Below, piece by piece: positions 16,788-25,312 of a stretch of DNA of 64,000 bases (positions are counted from its first letter, which is position 1; the number at the start of each line of letters is the position of its first letter). Under the pieces are notes generated by a model. The model saw nothing but the letters and a program-made list of their open reading frames with translations, was not told the DNA's origin and did no database searches. Origin of the DNA: Actinomycetes bacterium (GTDB taxonomy: Bacteria; Actinomycetota; Actinomycetes; Mycobacteriales; SCTD01); the NCBI GenBank assembly GCA_046565705.1, contig JBKHYE010000114.1, positions 2,164 to 66,163 of the forward strand, written 5' to 3'. Made by a program: the position numbers and the translations under genes.

Positions 16788-17037
16788 CTCGCTCGTCGGG
16801 GAACCGCTGGGCAGCGGCCGCCGAGACGATACGCCGACGGGGACCTCGCCGCGTCGGGCAGGACGGCCCCCGGGCCGGTCGGCCGGTCGGTCGGCGGCGC
16901 GGTGCCCCGGCCGGCCCGGGCCGGGGCGGACGGCGGCGCCGGCGACGGCTCGCCGGGGGTGCAGGGTGCTCGGGCGCACGGTCCGCCGTCTCCTCCCCCG
17001 CCACGGCCTGTCGGCTGCCGGGCGGCTGGCAGGCACC

Positions 17038-17063
17038 AACGCCGCCGGGCCGAGGGCGATTCC
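17038..17063 (-). promoter_or_regulatory. SigH/SigR-dependent promoter (GGAAT-N18-GTT) upstream of sigH-rshA
   Basis: The plus strand reads AAC(17038-17040)-N18-ATTCC(17059-17063). On the minus strand this is GGAAT-N18-GTT, an exact match to the SigR/SigH consensus, oriented toward sigH. Confidence 0.6.
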
Positions 17064-17132
17064 CGGGGCGCGGCGCGGACGCCGCAGGCGCCGGCCCGGC
17101 TGCCGGCCGCGGGCGCGGCCTACGATCCGGCC

Positions 17133-17795
17133 ATGGACGGCCACCACCCCGCAGTCGAGCAGTACCTCGAGACGGTGCTCGAGCTCGAGGAGGCCGGCAT
17201 CGTGCCGATGCGCGCCCGCATCGTGGAGCGGCTGGGGGTGTCGGCCCCGGCGGTGAGCGAGACGGTGAAGCGGCTCGAGCGCGAGGGCTACCTCACCCTC
17301 GACGACGAGCGGGTGCTGCACCTGACCGAGACCGGCCGGGCGTACGCGACGTCGATGCTGCGCAAGCACCGGCTGGCCGAGGTGCTGCTCGTCGACGTGC
17401 TCAAGGTGCCGTGGCCGCAGGTGCACGAGGAGGCCTGCCGGCTGGAGCACGCCATCAGCGACAACCTCGAGAAGCACCTGGTGGCGCTGCTCGACGACCC
17501 GGGCACCTGCCCGCACGGCAGCCCGATCCCCGGGTCCGCCAACGCGCCGACCGAGCAGGTGCGGCTCGAGAAGCTGTCGGCGGTCCCGGCCGGCGGGTCG
17601 TGCGTGGTGCGCCGCATCGACGAGCACCTCCAGACGCTCGTGCCGCGGATGGAGGAGCTCGAGGCGGCCGGGCTGATGCCCGGGACGCCGGTGCGCGTGC
17701 AGGAGAGCGCCGCGGGGCGGGTGCTGCTCGACGTCGACGGCGAGCCGGTCGAGATCGACGCGTCCGTCGCCGCCGAGGTCTACGTCAGCGTCTGA
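17133..17795 (+). CDS. DtxR/IdeR-family metal-dependent repressor with C-terminal SH3-like domain
   Basis: ATG 17133. [47 protein letters not shown]...[14 protein letters not shown]...HEEACRLEH is co-linear with IdeR. The Cys-Glu-His metal site (EACRLEH) is kept, but the IdeR Met10 position is Gln, so metal specificity is uncertain. Confidence 0.85.
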   Translation: MDGHHPAVEQYLETVLELEEAGIVPMRARIVERLGVSAPAVSETVKRLEREGYLTLDDERVLHLTETGRAYATSMLRKHRLAEVLLVDVLKVPWPQVHEEACRLEHAISDNLEKHLVALLDDPGTCPHGSPIPGSANAPTEQVRLEKLSAVPAGGSCVVRRIDEHLQTLVPRMEELEAAGLMPGTPVRVQESAAGRVLLDVDGEPVEIDASVAAEVYVSV

Positions 17796-18414
17796 GGCCG
17801 GCCAGCCAGGTCCCGACGGCGGCGTGGACCTCGGCGGCGACGTCGGCCGCGGTGCGGCCGTCCCGGCGGCGGACGGCGAACGCGTGGTCGGCGCGAGCGA
17901 CGACGTGGACCTGCACGCCGGGCGACGGCGCCGGCACGCCGAAGGCGTCACGCTCGCCCTGCACGACCAGCCGCGGGACGGCCGGAGCGCGCAGCTCGGC
18001 GTCTCGGCTGCGGCCCGACGGCGCGACCAGCGGGAAGGCCAGCGCCAGCACGGCGTCGGCACCGGTGTCGGCCGCCGTCCGGCACGCGACGCGGGCGCCG
18101 GCGCTGCGCCCGCCGACCACGAGCACCCCGGACGACCCGCTGCGGAGCGCGGCGAGCACGGCCCGCCAGGCCTCGTCGAGGCGCGTCGGCGCCTCCGCCA
18201 CCCGCCGCCCCGCCACCCGCCACGGCTGCTCGACGAGCGCCACGCCGAGCCCGGCCGTGCGCGCAGCGTCGGCGGCCGCGACGAGGTCCGGCGCCTGCAC
18301 CCCGCCGCCGGCGCCGTGACCGAGCACGACGAGCCCGCCGCGGCGCACCTGGAGGTGCACGCGCGCCGGCCCGCGCGGCGTCTCGACGTGGTGCAACACC
18401 GGCGTATCACTCAC
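17785..18414 (-). CDS. Alpha/beta hydrolase (dienelactone-hydrolase-like, KANL3/Tex30-type)
   Basis: GTG 18414. [12 protein letters not shown], nucleophile elbow [28 protein letters not shown]. Confidence 0.65.
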   Translation of the reverse strand: MSDTPVLHHVETPRGPARVHLQVRRGGLVVLGHGAGGGVQAPDLVAAADAARTAGLGVALVEQPWRVAGRRVAEAPTRLDEAWRAVLAALRSGSSGVLVVGGRSAGARVACRTAADTGADAVLALAFPLVAPSGRSRDAELRAPAVPRLVVQGERDAFGVPAPSPGVQVHVVARADHAFAVRRRDGRTAADVAAEVHAAVGTWLAGLRR

Positions 18415-18463
18415 CCGGCGCAGGGTAGAGCGGCGCCATGCCTCCCCTCCCCGGGGCAGCGAC

Positions 18464-19273
18464 GTGACGACGGCGCTGCACAGCGGCTCGCCCGCCGAGG
18501 ACTCGCCGATCCCTCCGGCCGACTCGTCGTACTGGCGGTTCTACGACCGCGTCGCCGCCGCTCAGCTCGCGTCGTGGCTGCCCGGCGACCGGTGCCGGGT
18601 GCTCGACCTGTCCGGCCGGCCGGCCGGCGGCGAGGGCGGGTTCGCCGACCAGGTGCTGGCCGCCGGGCACGACGTCGTCCGGGTGCTGCAGAGCCCGCGC
18701 GACCGCACCCGGACCCCGGGTGCCGCCCTGCGCGACGCCGTCGGCGTGGAGGCCGGCGGGGCCGCGCTGCCGGTGGTGGCCGACCCGCGCCGGCTGTCGT
18801 GGCTGCAGACCGGGTCGGTCGACGCCGTGCTCGCGGAGTCCCGCGCGCTGTCGCTGTGCCTCGCGGCCGAGGTCACCGTCGGCGACCTGCACCGGGTGCT
18901 GCGGCCGGGCGGGCGGCTGCTGCTCGTCGTCGACTCGCTCGCCGCTGGCCTGGCGCGACTGGCCGGCCAGGGGCGCTGGGCCGAGCTGGCCGACGTGCCG
19001 AGCGCCGACGTCGTGCTCGTGCCGGAGGACGACGGCAGCATCGTGCGCTGCTTCTGGCCCGAGGAGCTGGCCGAGCTGCTCGGCAGCGCCGGGTTCACGC
19101 TCGAGTGGGTGCGCCCTCGCACCGTGCTGACGCCGTCCGTGGTCGAGCGGGCCGTCGCCGCGGGCGGCGAGCAGGCGCTCCGGCTGCTCGTGCGCACCGA
19201 GTGCGCGCTGGCCGAGGAGCGCGAGGGCGAGGCCACCGGCCTGCGCCTGGTCGCGAGCGCGCGCGGGGCCTGA
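18464..19273 (+). CDS. Class I SAM-dependent methyltransferase-like protein
   Basis: Degenerate motif I RVLDLSGRPAGGEGGF and post-I HDVVRV, later LRPGGRLLLVVDS. The assignment is weakish. Confidence 0.55.
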   Translation: MTTALHSGSPAEDSPIPPADSSYWRFYDRVAAAQLASWLPGDRCRVLDLSGRPAGGEGGFADQVLAAGHDVVRVLQSPRDRTRTPGAALRDAVGVEAGGAALPVVADPRRLSWLQTGSVDAVLAESRALSLCLAAEVTVGDLHRVLRPGGRLLLVVDSLAAGLARLAGQGRWAELADVPSADVVLVPEDDGSIVRCFWPEELAELLGSAGFTLEWVRPRTVLTPSVVERAVAAGGEQALRLLVRTECALAEEREGEATGLRLVASARGA

Positions 19274-19287
19274 CCGCCCCGCGGGCC

Positions 19288-19680
19288 TCAGCCCGCGGCG
19301 GCCTCGTGCTTGGCCTGGTCCTCGACGCAGCGGGCCGCCTCCGGCCGGACCTCCAGGCGCGCCGGCGGGATCTGCCTGCCGCAGTCGACGCAGCGGCCGT
19401 AGGTGCCCTCGTCGAGCCGCTTGAGGGCGGCGACGACCTGCGCGCGCTGGTCGTCGGCGGCCTCGATGAGCGCGACCTCGCGGTCGGCGTCGGAGAGCTC
19501 GGTGGCGGTGTCGGCGGGGTGCTGGTCGAAGTGGCTCAGCTCCTCGGAGTCACCCGCCCCCTCGCTCTCCAGGGTCGCGGTGGCGCTGTCGAGCTCGCGC
19601 AGCATCTGCTCGAGCTGGGCACGGACGTCCTGCAGGTCCACGGACAGGCGCTCCTCACGTGGTTCGTCGGGCTTGCTCAC
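19288..19680 (-). CDS. TraR/DksA-family zinc-finger protein
   Basis: GTG 19680 overlaps the SRAP stop (GTGA). Coiled-coil N-terminus, then EGTYGRCVDCGRQIPPARLEVRPEAARCVEDQ: C-x2-C-x17-C-x2-D, so the fourth ligand is Asp rather than Cys. Confidence 0.8.
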   Translation of the reverse strand: MSKPDEPREERLSVDLQDVRAQLEQMLRELDSATATLESEGAGDSEELSHFDQHPADTATELSDADREVALIEAADDQRAQVVAALKRLDEGTYGRCVDCGRQIPPARLEVRPEAARCVEDQAKHEAAAG

Positions 19681-20390
19681 TCCAGCAGCGTAGGTGCCGG
19701 CAGGGTCGGCGCGACCGGCGCCGCGAGCGCCGGCCCGTCGTTGCGGACGTCGCCGACCTCCGGACCGACGGGCCAGGCGTCCAGGACGCCGGCCACGCCG
19801 GGAACCAGCAGGTCGTCGCCCGGGTGCTCGACCGCCGGGTCGAGCCAGCGGCCCCAGGCCGCCGGTGGCACGAGCAGCGGCGTGCGGTCGTGGATCTCGC
19901 CCAGCTCGTCCGGGGCCGACGTGGTGAGCACCGTGCACGTCCACCGCAGCGCGTCGCCGTCGCGGCGGACCTCGTACAGACCGGCCATCGGCAGCGGCGC
20001 GCCGTCGCGGCTGGTCAGGTACCAGGCCTGCTTGCCCGGCTGCCCGGCGCCCGGCTGCGGCTGCCACTCGTAGTAGCCGTCGGCCGGCACCAGGCAGCGC
20101 CGGCGCGCGAACGCGGCGCGGAACGCCGGGGTCGTCGCGACCGTCTCGCGGCGGGCGTTGATGAGCGGGCGGCCGCGCCGCGCGCCGGCCCAGTGCGGCA
20201 CGAGCCCCCACCGCGCCGGCCGCAGGGCGCGGACGCCGCCGTCGACGGCGACCACCCACGTCGGGTCGGTCGGTGCGACGTTCCAGGACGGCGGCACCGC
20301 CTCGGCGGCCCGCTCCTCGACCGGCTCGGTGACGCCGAAGTGCTCGACGAGGTAGTCGGCCCCGCGGCTGGAGGCGTAGCGGCCGCACAC
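19677..20390 (-). CDS. SOS-response-associated peptidase (SRAP/YedK, abasic-site DNA-protein crosslinking)
   Basis: CGRYA..., WNVAPT, RWGLVPHW, INARRETV, RRCLVPADGYYEW, IHDRTPLLV. The start is set to GTG 20390 so that the catalytic Cys is residue 2. The track start 20426 would bury it at residue 14. Confidence 0.85.
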   Translation of the reverse strand: MCGRYASSRGADYLVEHFGVTEPVEERAAEAVPPSWNVAPTDPTWVVAVDGGVRALRPARWGLVPHWAGARRGRPLINARRETVATTPAFRAAFARRRCLVPADGYYEWQPQPGAGQPGKQAWYLTSRDGAPLPMAGLYEVRRDGDALRWTCTVLTTSAPDELGEIHDRTPLLVPPAAWGRWLDPAVEHPGDDLLVPGVAGVLDAWPVGPEVGDVRNDGPALAAPVAPTLPAPTLLE

Positions 20391-20446
20391 GGCGTCCATG
20401 CTGGCAGAGGTACGGCTCCCCGCCACAGCAGTGGCACGCTGGTCGG

Positions 20447-21748
20447 GTGACCGCTTTCGACCCGTGGCCGGCGCCGCAGGCGCCCGGACCGCTCGACGCG
20501 GTCGTCGCGCTGCCCGGCAGCAAGAGCGTCACCAACCGCGCGCTCGTGCTGGCTGCGCTCGCTCCGGGCCGGTCGGTGCTGCGCCGCCCGCTGCGCAGCC
20601 GCGACACCGATCTCATGGCGGCCGCGCTGCGCGTGCTCGGCGTCGACGTCGAGGACGCCACCCTCGACGGCGACGACGCCTGGGTGGTCACGGCGCCCGG
20701 CGGCCCGGCGGAGCACCGCGGCTCGGCGGTCGACGTGGGCAACGCGGGCACGGTCGCCCGGTTCCTGCCGCCGGTGGCCGCGCTCGGCCACGGTGACGTG
20801 CGGTTCGACGGCGACCCGCGGGTGCGGGAGCGGCCGCTCGGCCCGCTCCTGCGGGCACTCACCGACCTCGGGGCCCGGCTCGACCGCGTCGACCGGCTGC
20901 CCGTCGTGGTCACCGGCACCGGCGGGGTGCCCGGCGGCAAGGTCGTGCTCGACGCCTCGCAGTCCTCGCAGCTGGTGAGCGGCCTGCTGCTCTCGGCGCC
21001 GCGGTTCGACGAGGGACTGCACCTGCGGCACGAGGGACCGCCGCTGCCCAGCGCGCCCCACCTCGCCATGACGGTGGAGGCGCTTCGCGCGAGCGGCGCC
21101 GTCGTCGAGGACGACGAGCCAGGCACGTGGACGGTCACCCCCGGGCCGCTGCGGCCGCGCGACGTCGTCGTCGAGCCGGACCTGTCGACCGCGGCGGCCT
21201 ACCTCGCGGCGCCGCTGGTGGCCGGCGGGTCGGTGACCGTCGCCGGCTGGCCGGCCACGACCACGCAGCCGGGCGCGATCCTGCCCGACGTGCTCGCCGA
21301 GATGGGCGCACGGGTGGAGCGCACCGGCGACACCGTCACCGTGCGGTCCGGCGACCGGCTCACCGGTGTCGACGTCGACCTGCGCGACGCCGGCGAGCTC
21401 ACGCCCGTGCTGACGGCGCTCGCCGCACTGGCCGACGGGCCGAGCCGGTTCCGCGGCGTGGCGCACCTGCGGCTGCAGGAGACCGACCGGCTCCGCGCGC
21501 TCGCCACCGAGATCGGCCGGCTCGGCGGCGACGTCCGGGAGACCGACGACGGGCTCGAGGTCCGGCCGCGGCCGCTGACCGGCGGGGCGCTCGACTCCTT
21601 TGACGACCACCGCATCGCGATGGCCTGGGAGGTGCTCGGGCTGGGCGTGCCGGGCGTGCTGGTGCACGACGTCGCAACGACCCGCAAGACGGTGCCCGAC
21701 TTCGTCGGCTCCTGGACGGCGCTGCTCGGCGCCGGACCGCGCGGCTGA
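20447..21748 (+). CDS. aroA: 3-phosphoshikimate 1-carboxyvinyltransferase (EPSP synthase)
   Basis: GTG 20447. LPGSKSVTNRALVLAALA, VDVGNAGTVARFL, SSQLVSGLLLSAP, DHRIAMA. Confidence 0.93.
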   Translation: MTAFDPWPAPQAPGPLDAVVALPGSKSVTNRALVLAALAPGRSVLRRPLRSRDTDLMAAALRVLGVDVEDATLDGDDAWVVTAPGGPAEHRGSAVDVGNAGTVARFLPPVAALGHGDVRFDGDPRVRERPLGPLLRALTDLGARLDRVDRLPVVVTGTGGVPGGKVVLDASQSSQLVSGLLLSAPRFDEGLHLRHEGPPLPSAPHLAMTVEALRASGAVVEDDEPGTWTVTPGPLRPRDVVVEPDLSTAAAYLAAPLVAGGSVTVAGWPATTTQPGAILPDVLAEMGARVERTGDTVTVRSGDRLTGVDVDLRDAGELTPVLTALAALADGPSRFRGVAHLRLQETDRLRALATEIGRLGGDVRETDDGLEVRPRPLTGGALDSFDDHRIAMAWEVLGLGVPGVLVHDVATTRKTVPDFVGSWTALLGAGPRG

Positions 21749-21749
21749 C

Positions 21750-22778
21750 GTGCCCCGCGAGCTGGACGAGGACGACGTCCGGGTCCGCCCGGGCCGGCGG
21801 TCGCGCCCGCGCACCCGCCAGCGCCCCGCGCACGAGGACGCGGCGCCCGCCGAGGTCGTCACCGTCGACCGCGGCCGGTACCGGCTGCGCACGGCCGACG
21901 GCCACCTCGCGACGGCGGTCCGGGCGCGCGAGCTCGGCCGGCGCGCCGTGGTGGTCGGCGACCGGGTCGACGCCGTCGGCGACCTGTCCGGCTCGGCCGA
22001 CGCGCTGGCTCGCATCGTCCGGGTGCACGAGCGGTCGACGCTGCTGCGGCGCACGCCCGACGACACCGACCCCGTCGAGCGGCCGGTCGTGGCGAACGCC
22101 GAGCTGCTCGTCGTCGTCACGGCGCTCGCCGACCCGCCGCCCCGACCACGGCTGATCGACCGCTGCCTCGTCGCCGCCTACGACGGCGGGCTGACGCCGC
22201 TGCTGTGCCTGACCAAGAGCGACCTCGCCGATCCCGACGAGCTGCTCGCCTCGTACGCGCCGCTCGGCGTCGACGCCGTCGTGATCGGCAGGCACGACGG
22301 CGCGCTGACCGGCGTCGACGCGCTGCGCGAGCGGCTGCGCGACCGCACGAGCGTGCTGTTCGGGCAGTCGGGCGTCGGCAAGTCGACGCTGGTCAACGCG
22401 CTGGTGCCGGAGGCCGACCGGGCCGTCGGCGACGTCACCGGCATGGGCAAGGGCCGGCACACGTCGTCGTCAGCGGTGTCGTTCGCGCTCCCCGGCGGCG
22501 GGACGGTCGTCGACACCCCGGGCGTGCGCTCGTTCGGCCTCGGCGCCGTGACGCCGGAGCGCGTGCTGTCGGCGTTCCCCGACCTCGCCGCTGCCGCCGA
22601 GCGGTGCCTGCCCGGCTGTCGCCACTCCGCCGGGGAGCCGCACTGCGGGCTCGACGACGAGGTCGCGGCCGGCCGGGCCGCCCCTCCGCGGCTCGACTCG
22701 CTGCGGCGGCTGCTCGCCGCCCTCTCCGGCGACGACCCCGACGAGCCTCAGCCGGCCGAGCGGGTCCGGCTGACGTAG
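21750..22778 (+). CDS. rsgA: Ribosome small-subunit-dependent GTPase A
   Basis: GTG 21750, 2 nt after the aroA stop. Circularly permuted GTPase: LTKSDL (G4), GQSGVGKSTLVNAL (G1), DTPG (G3). Zn motif CLPGCRHSAGEPHC. The aroA-rsgA order matches Rv3227-Rv3228. Confidence 0.9.
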   Translation: MPRELDEDDVRVRPGRRSRPRTRQRPAHEDAAPAEVVTVDRGRYRLRTADGHLATAVRARELGRRAVVVGDRVDAVGDLSGSADALARIVRVHERSTLLRRTPDDTDPVERPVVANAELLVVVTALADPPPRPRLIDRCLVAAYDGGLTPLLCLTKSDLADPDELLASYAPLGVDAVVIGRHDGALTGVDALRERLRDRTSVLFGQSGVGKSTLVNALVPEADRAVGDVTGMGKGRHTSSSAVSFALPGGGTVVDTPGVRSFGLGAVTPERVLSAFPDLAAAAERCLPGCRHSAGEPHCGLDDEVAAGRAAPPRLDSLRRLLAALSGDDPDEPQPAERVRLT

Positions 22779-23881
22779 GCGGCGACGCCGCCGGCGGCCA
22801 GCAGCACCAGCAGGCCGAGCGCCGCGAGCAGCCCGACCGACCCGCCGTCGTCGTCGGCCGAGACCGGCGACGCGAGCTCGACGTCGTCGGTGTCCGTCGC
22901 CTCCGTGTCGTCGGCGCGGTCGTCGGCGCTGTCGCCCGTGCCGTCGTCGGCGAACGGCAGCGAGGCGGGGGTCGGCTGCGTCGCGGCGGGCTGCGCCGGC
23001 GCCGCGAGCGGCTGCCCCGTCCCCCGCGCCGGTGCCGGGTCGGCCGGCTGCTCGGCGGGCTCGGCCACGACCGGAGCGGCCGGCTGCTGCGCCGGCTGCG
23101 CGGCCGGCTGCGTGACCGGCTGGGCGGCCGGCTGCGTGACCGGCTTGGTGACCGGCGGGTCGGGCTTGGGCTCGGGCGTCAGCGCCACGGCCGCGGTGCC
23201 CTTGTGGATGCGCATCGCGGAGCCGGCGCCCTCACCCTGGTAGGCGAGCGCCGCGAGCTCGTAGGTGCCGTCGACCTCGGGCGCGTAGCCGATCTCGACC
23301 ACCACGTCCGCGGCGGACTCCCCCGGCGGCAGGGGCTGCTCCGACGAGCAGCTGAAGTCCTCCAGCACGCAGCTCCAGCCGTCGGCCGGCTGCACGGAGA
23401 CGACGACGAGGCCGTCGGGCAGCTCGAGCGTCAAGCGGATCTCGGCCGCCGCGCCCGTGTCGGTGTTCGCGACGCCGAGCGTCCACGTGCCGGTGCCGCC
23501 GCCGGTGCCCGTGGCGGGGCCGGTGAGCGTGACCGACAGGTCGCGCGGAGCCGGGGCGTCGGGGTCGACGTTCTCCTTCGGCGTGGGGTCCCCGCCCGGC
23601 GCGGGGTCGGTGGGCGGCTGCTGGCCTCCCGGGGTCTGCGGGCCACCGGCCGGGCCACCGGCCGGGCCACCGGACGTCTGCGGCGGCGTGCCGTTCGCGG
23701 TGCCCGTCGCGTCGAGGGCCGCCTGCGCGGCGGGTGCACCCGGCGCGGCGGGCTCGGCGCTCGCCGGACCGGCGAGCAGCGCGACCGGGACGGACACGAG
23801 CAGGGCGGTGAGGCCGGCGGCGGCCGCCCCACGGGTCAGCGCGCGCCGGGACGGCGCGGCGAGGAGGTCCATCGGGGGCAT
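22748..23881 (-). CDS. Secreted Pro/Ala/Gln-rich surface protein with C-terminal TM anchor
   Basis: N-terminal signal (SRRALTRGAAAAGLTALLVSVPVALLAGPASA-EP). Central beta-rich domain (LSVTLTGPATGTGGGTGTWTLGVANTDTGAAAEIRLTLELPDGLVVVSV). PVTQPAAQ repeats, an acidic tract, and a C-terminal TM segment plus a basic tail (VGLLAALGLLVLLAAGGVAAYVSRTRSAG). Confidence 0.75.
   Translation of the reverse strand: MPPMDLLAAPSRRALTRGAAAAGLTALLVSVPVALLAGPASAEPAAPGAPAAQAALDATGTANGTPPQTSGGPAGGPAGGPQTPGGQQPPTDPAPGGDPTPKENVDPDAPAPRDLSVTLTGPATGTGGGTGTWTLGVANTDTGAAAEIRLTLELPDGLVVVSVQPADGWSCVLEDFSCSSEQPLPPGESAADVVVEIGYAPEVDGTYELAALAYQGEGAGSAMRIHKGTAAVALTPEPKPDPPVTKPVTQPAAQPVTQPAAQPAQQPAAPVVAEPAEQPADPAPARGTGQPLAAPAQPAATQPTPASLPFADDGTGDSADDRADDTEATDTDDVELASPVSADDDGGSVGLLAALGLLVLLAAGGVAAYVSRTRSAG
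23077..23148. repeat. In-frame 24-nt tandem repeat (3 copies) inside the surface-protein gene
   Basis: CGGCCGGCTGCGTGACCGGCTGGG (23101-23124) and CGGCCGGCTGCGTGACCGGCTTGG (23125-23148) differ at 1 nt. 23077-23100 is a 17/24 diverged copy. Together they encode the PVTQPAAQ-type repeats. Confidence 0.85.
23641..23673. repeat. In-frame 12-nt tandem repeat (2.75 copies) inside the surface-protein gene
   Basis: GGCCACCGGCCG x2 plus GGCCACCGG. It encodes GGPAGGPAGGP on the minus strand. Confidence 0.85.
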
Positions 23882-24208
23882 GTCGGTCGGTCCGTCCGGT
23901 TCGGGCGCCCCTGGGGGAGGGCGGCGCTCGGGCCGGACAGGTCGGTCTCGCCACTGGCTCCCCGGACGGCCTAGGCGACCGTCTTCCCGGCCCGCGGGCC
24001 GGTGACCGTCCGGATCGACGCCCCCTGTCCACGCGGCCGGGCGGGCTGCCCGGTCGCGGTCAGGTGCGCTCCGTCCACCGGGTGGCGGAGCGGTGCGCAG
24101 TGCCGAGTGTCTTCCTGCACCGGCGTCGCGTCAACACCTAGAGTGACTGCACATCTACGCAACGCACAGTCTGACCATTCGTATGAGTCACAGTAGTACT
24201 CCTGGGCC

Positions 24209-25312
24209 TCATGCGTCCGCCAAAGCGATGGTCTTCTCGACGTCCTGCCGGCGCGCTTCGAGCTCGCGCTTCTCGCGGTCGAGCGCCTCGGCGATGTCCT
24301 CGTCGGCCCTCATCAGCGCGCCGAGGTCGGTGCCGGCCATGTCGAGCACCCCCATGTCGGCGTAGGCCTTCTGCACCTTCTCGCCCCAGAGGCCGATGTC
24401 CTTGACGCACGGCACGATCCGCGTGAACAGCAGCGACTGGTAGAGCGTGAAGTACGGCGAGTGCTGGACGGCCTCGAGGCACGCGCGCACGTCCAGGCCC
24501 ATGTTCTGCCAGACCTCCTGCATGCGGAACCGGTCTCGCATGAGCCAGCAGCCCTCGACGACGAACTCCTCGCGCTCGGCGAGCTCCTTGCTGGACAGCT
24601 GGCTGTAGTAGTCGCGCAGCGCCAGCCGGCCGAACGCCACGTGCCGCGCCTCGTCCTGCATGACGTAGGCCAGGATCTGCTTCGGCAGCGGCTGCGTCGT
24701 CATGTCGCGCAGCAGCCCGAACGCGGCCAGCGCCAGCCCCTCGATGAGCACCTGCATGCCGAGGTAGGGCATGTCCCAGCGGCTGTCGGAGAGCGTGTCG
24801 TCCAGCAGCGACTTCAGGCTCGGGTTGATCGGGTAGACCAGCTCGACCTTCTCCTGCAGGAAGCGGGCGTAGGTCTCGGCGTGCCGCGCCTCGTCCATGG
24901 TCTGGGTGGCGGCGTAGAACTTGCTGTCGAGGTCGGGCACCGACTCGACGATCTTGGCCGAGCAGATCATCGCGCCCTGCTCGCCGTGCAGGAACTGGCT
25001 GAACTGCCAGGACGTCAGGTGCTGGCTGAGCTCGTCGATCGCCTTCTGGTCGCCCTCGAACCGCGCCCACTGGTCCGTGCCGTAGATCGAGATCGTCTCG
25101 ACCGGCAGCCCCAGCACGTTCGCCGGGTCGACGTCGACGTCCCAGTCGATGCGGTGGACCGAGTCCCACTGCTTGTCCTTGCCCTTCTGGTACAGGGCGA
25201 GCAGCCGGTCGCGGCCGTCGTCGTACTCCCAGGTGAACCGGGAGGCGCCCTGCATCTCGACGTCCCACGTCGCGTGCTCGACAGGGACGGTGTAGAGCTC
25301 GTGCGTGCTCAC
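24209..25312 (-). CDS. Ferritin-like diiron-carboxylate oxygenase family protein (AurF/R2-like fold)
   Basis: Last 367 codons of the 542-aa track ORF. GTG 25312 overlaps the TetR stop (GTGA). Two E-x2-H diiron motifs (TMDEARHAETYARF and VMQDEARHVAFG) plus additional Glu helices (FLHGEQGAM, VLIEGLALA). Confidence 0.75.
   Translation of the reverse strand: MSTHELYTVPVEHATWDVEMQGASRFTWEYDDGRDRLLALYQKGKDKQWDSVHRIDWDVDVDPANVLGLPVETISIYGTDQWARFEGDQKAIDELSQHLTSWQFSQFLHGEQGAMICSAKIVESVPDLDSKFYAATQTMDEARHAETYARFLQEKVELVYPINPSLKSLLDDTLSDSRWDMPYLGMQVLIEGLALAAFGLLRDMTTQPLPKQILAYVMQDEARHVAFGRLALRDYYSQLSSKELAEREEFVVEGCWLMRDRFRMQEVWQNMGLDVRACLEAVQHSPYFTLYQSLLFTRIVPCVKDIGLWGEKVQKAYADMGVLDMAGTDLGALMRADEDIAEALDREKRELEARRQDVEKTIALADA

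Noticed and set aside
22748-22900. Sortase (LPXTG/LAXTG) sorting signal in the surface protein C-terminus.
   Set aside because: A TM helix plus basic tail is present. The nearest candidates (LPFADDG, LASPVS) do not fit LPXTG or LAXTG, so sortase anchoring is not supported.
23077-23673. Short tandem repeats as a possible CRISPR or minisatellite locus.
   Set aside because: The units are 12 and 24 nt, contiguous with no spacers, in-frame, and inside a well-supported coding sequence. They are coding repeats, not CRISPR.
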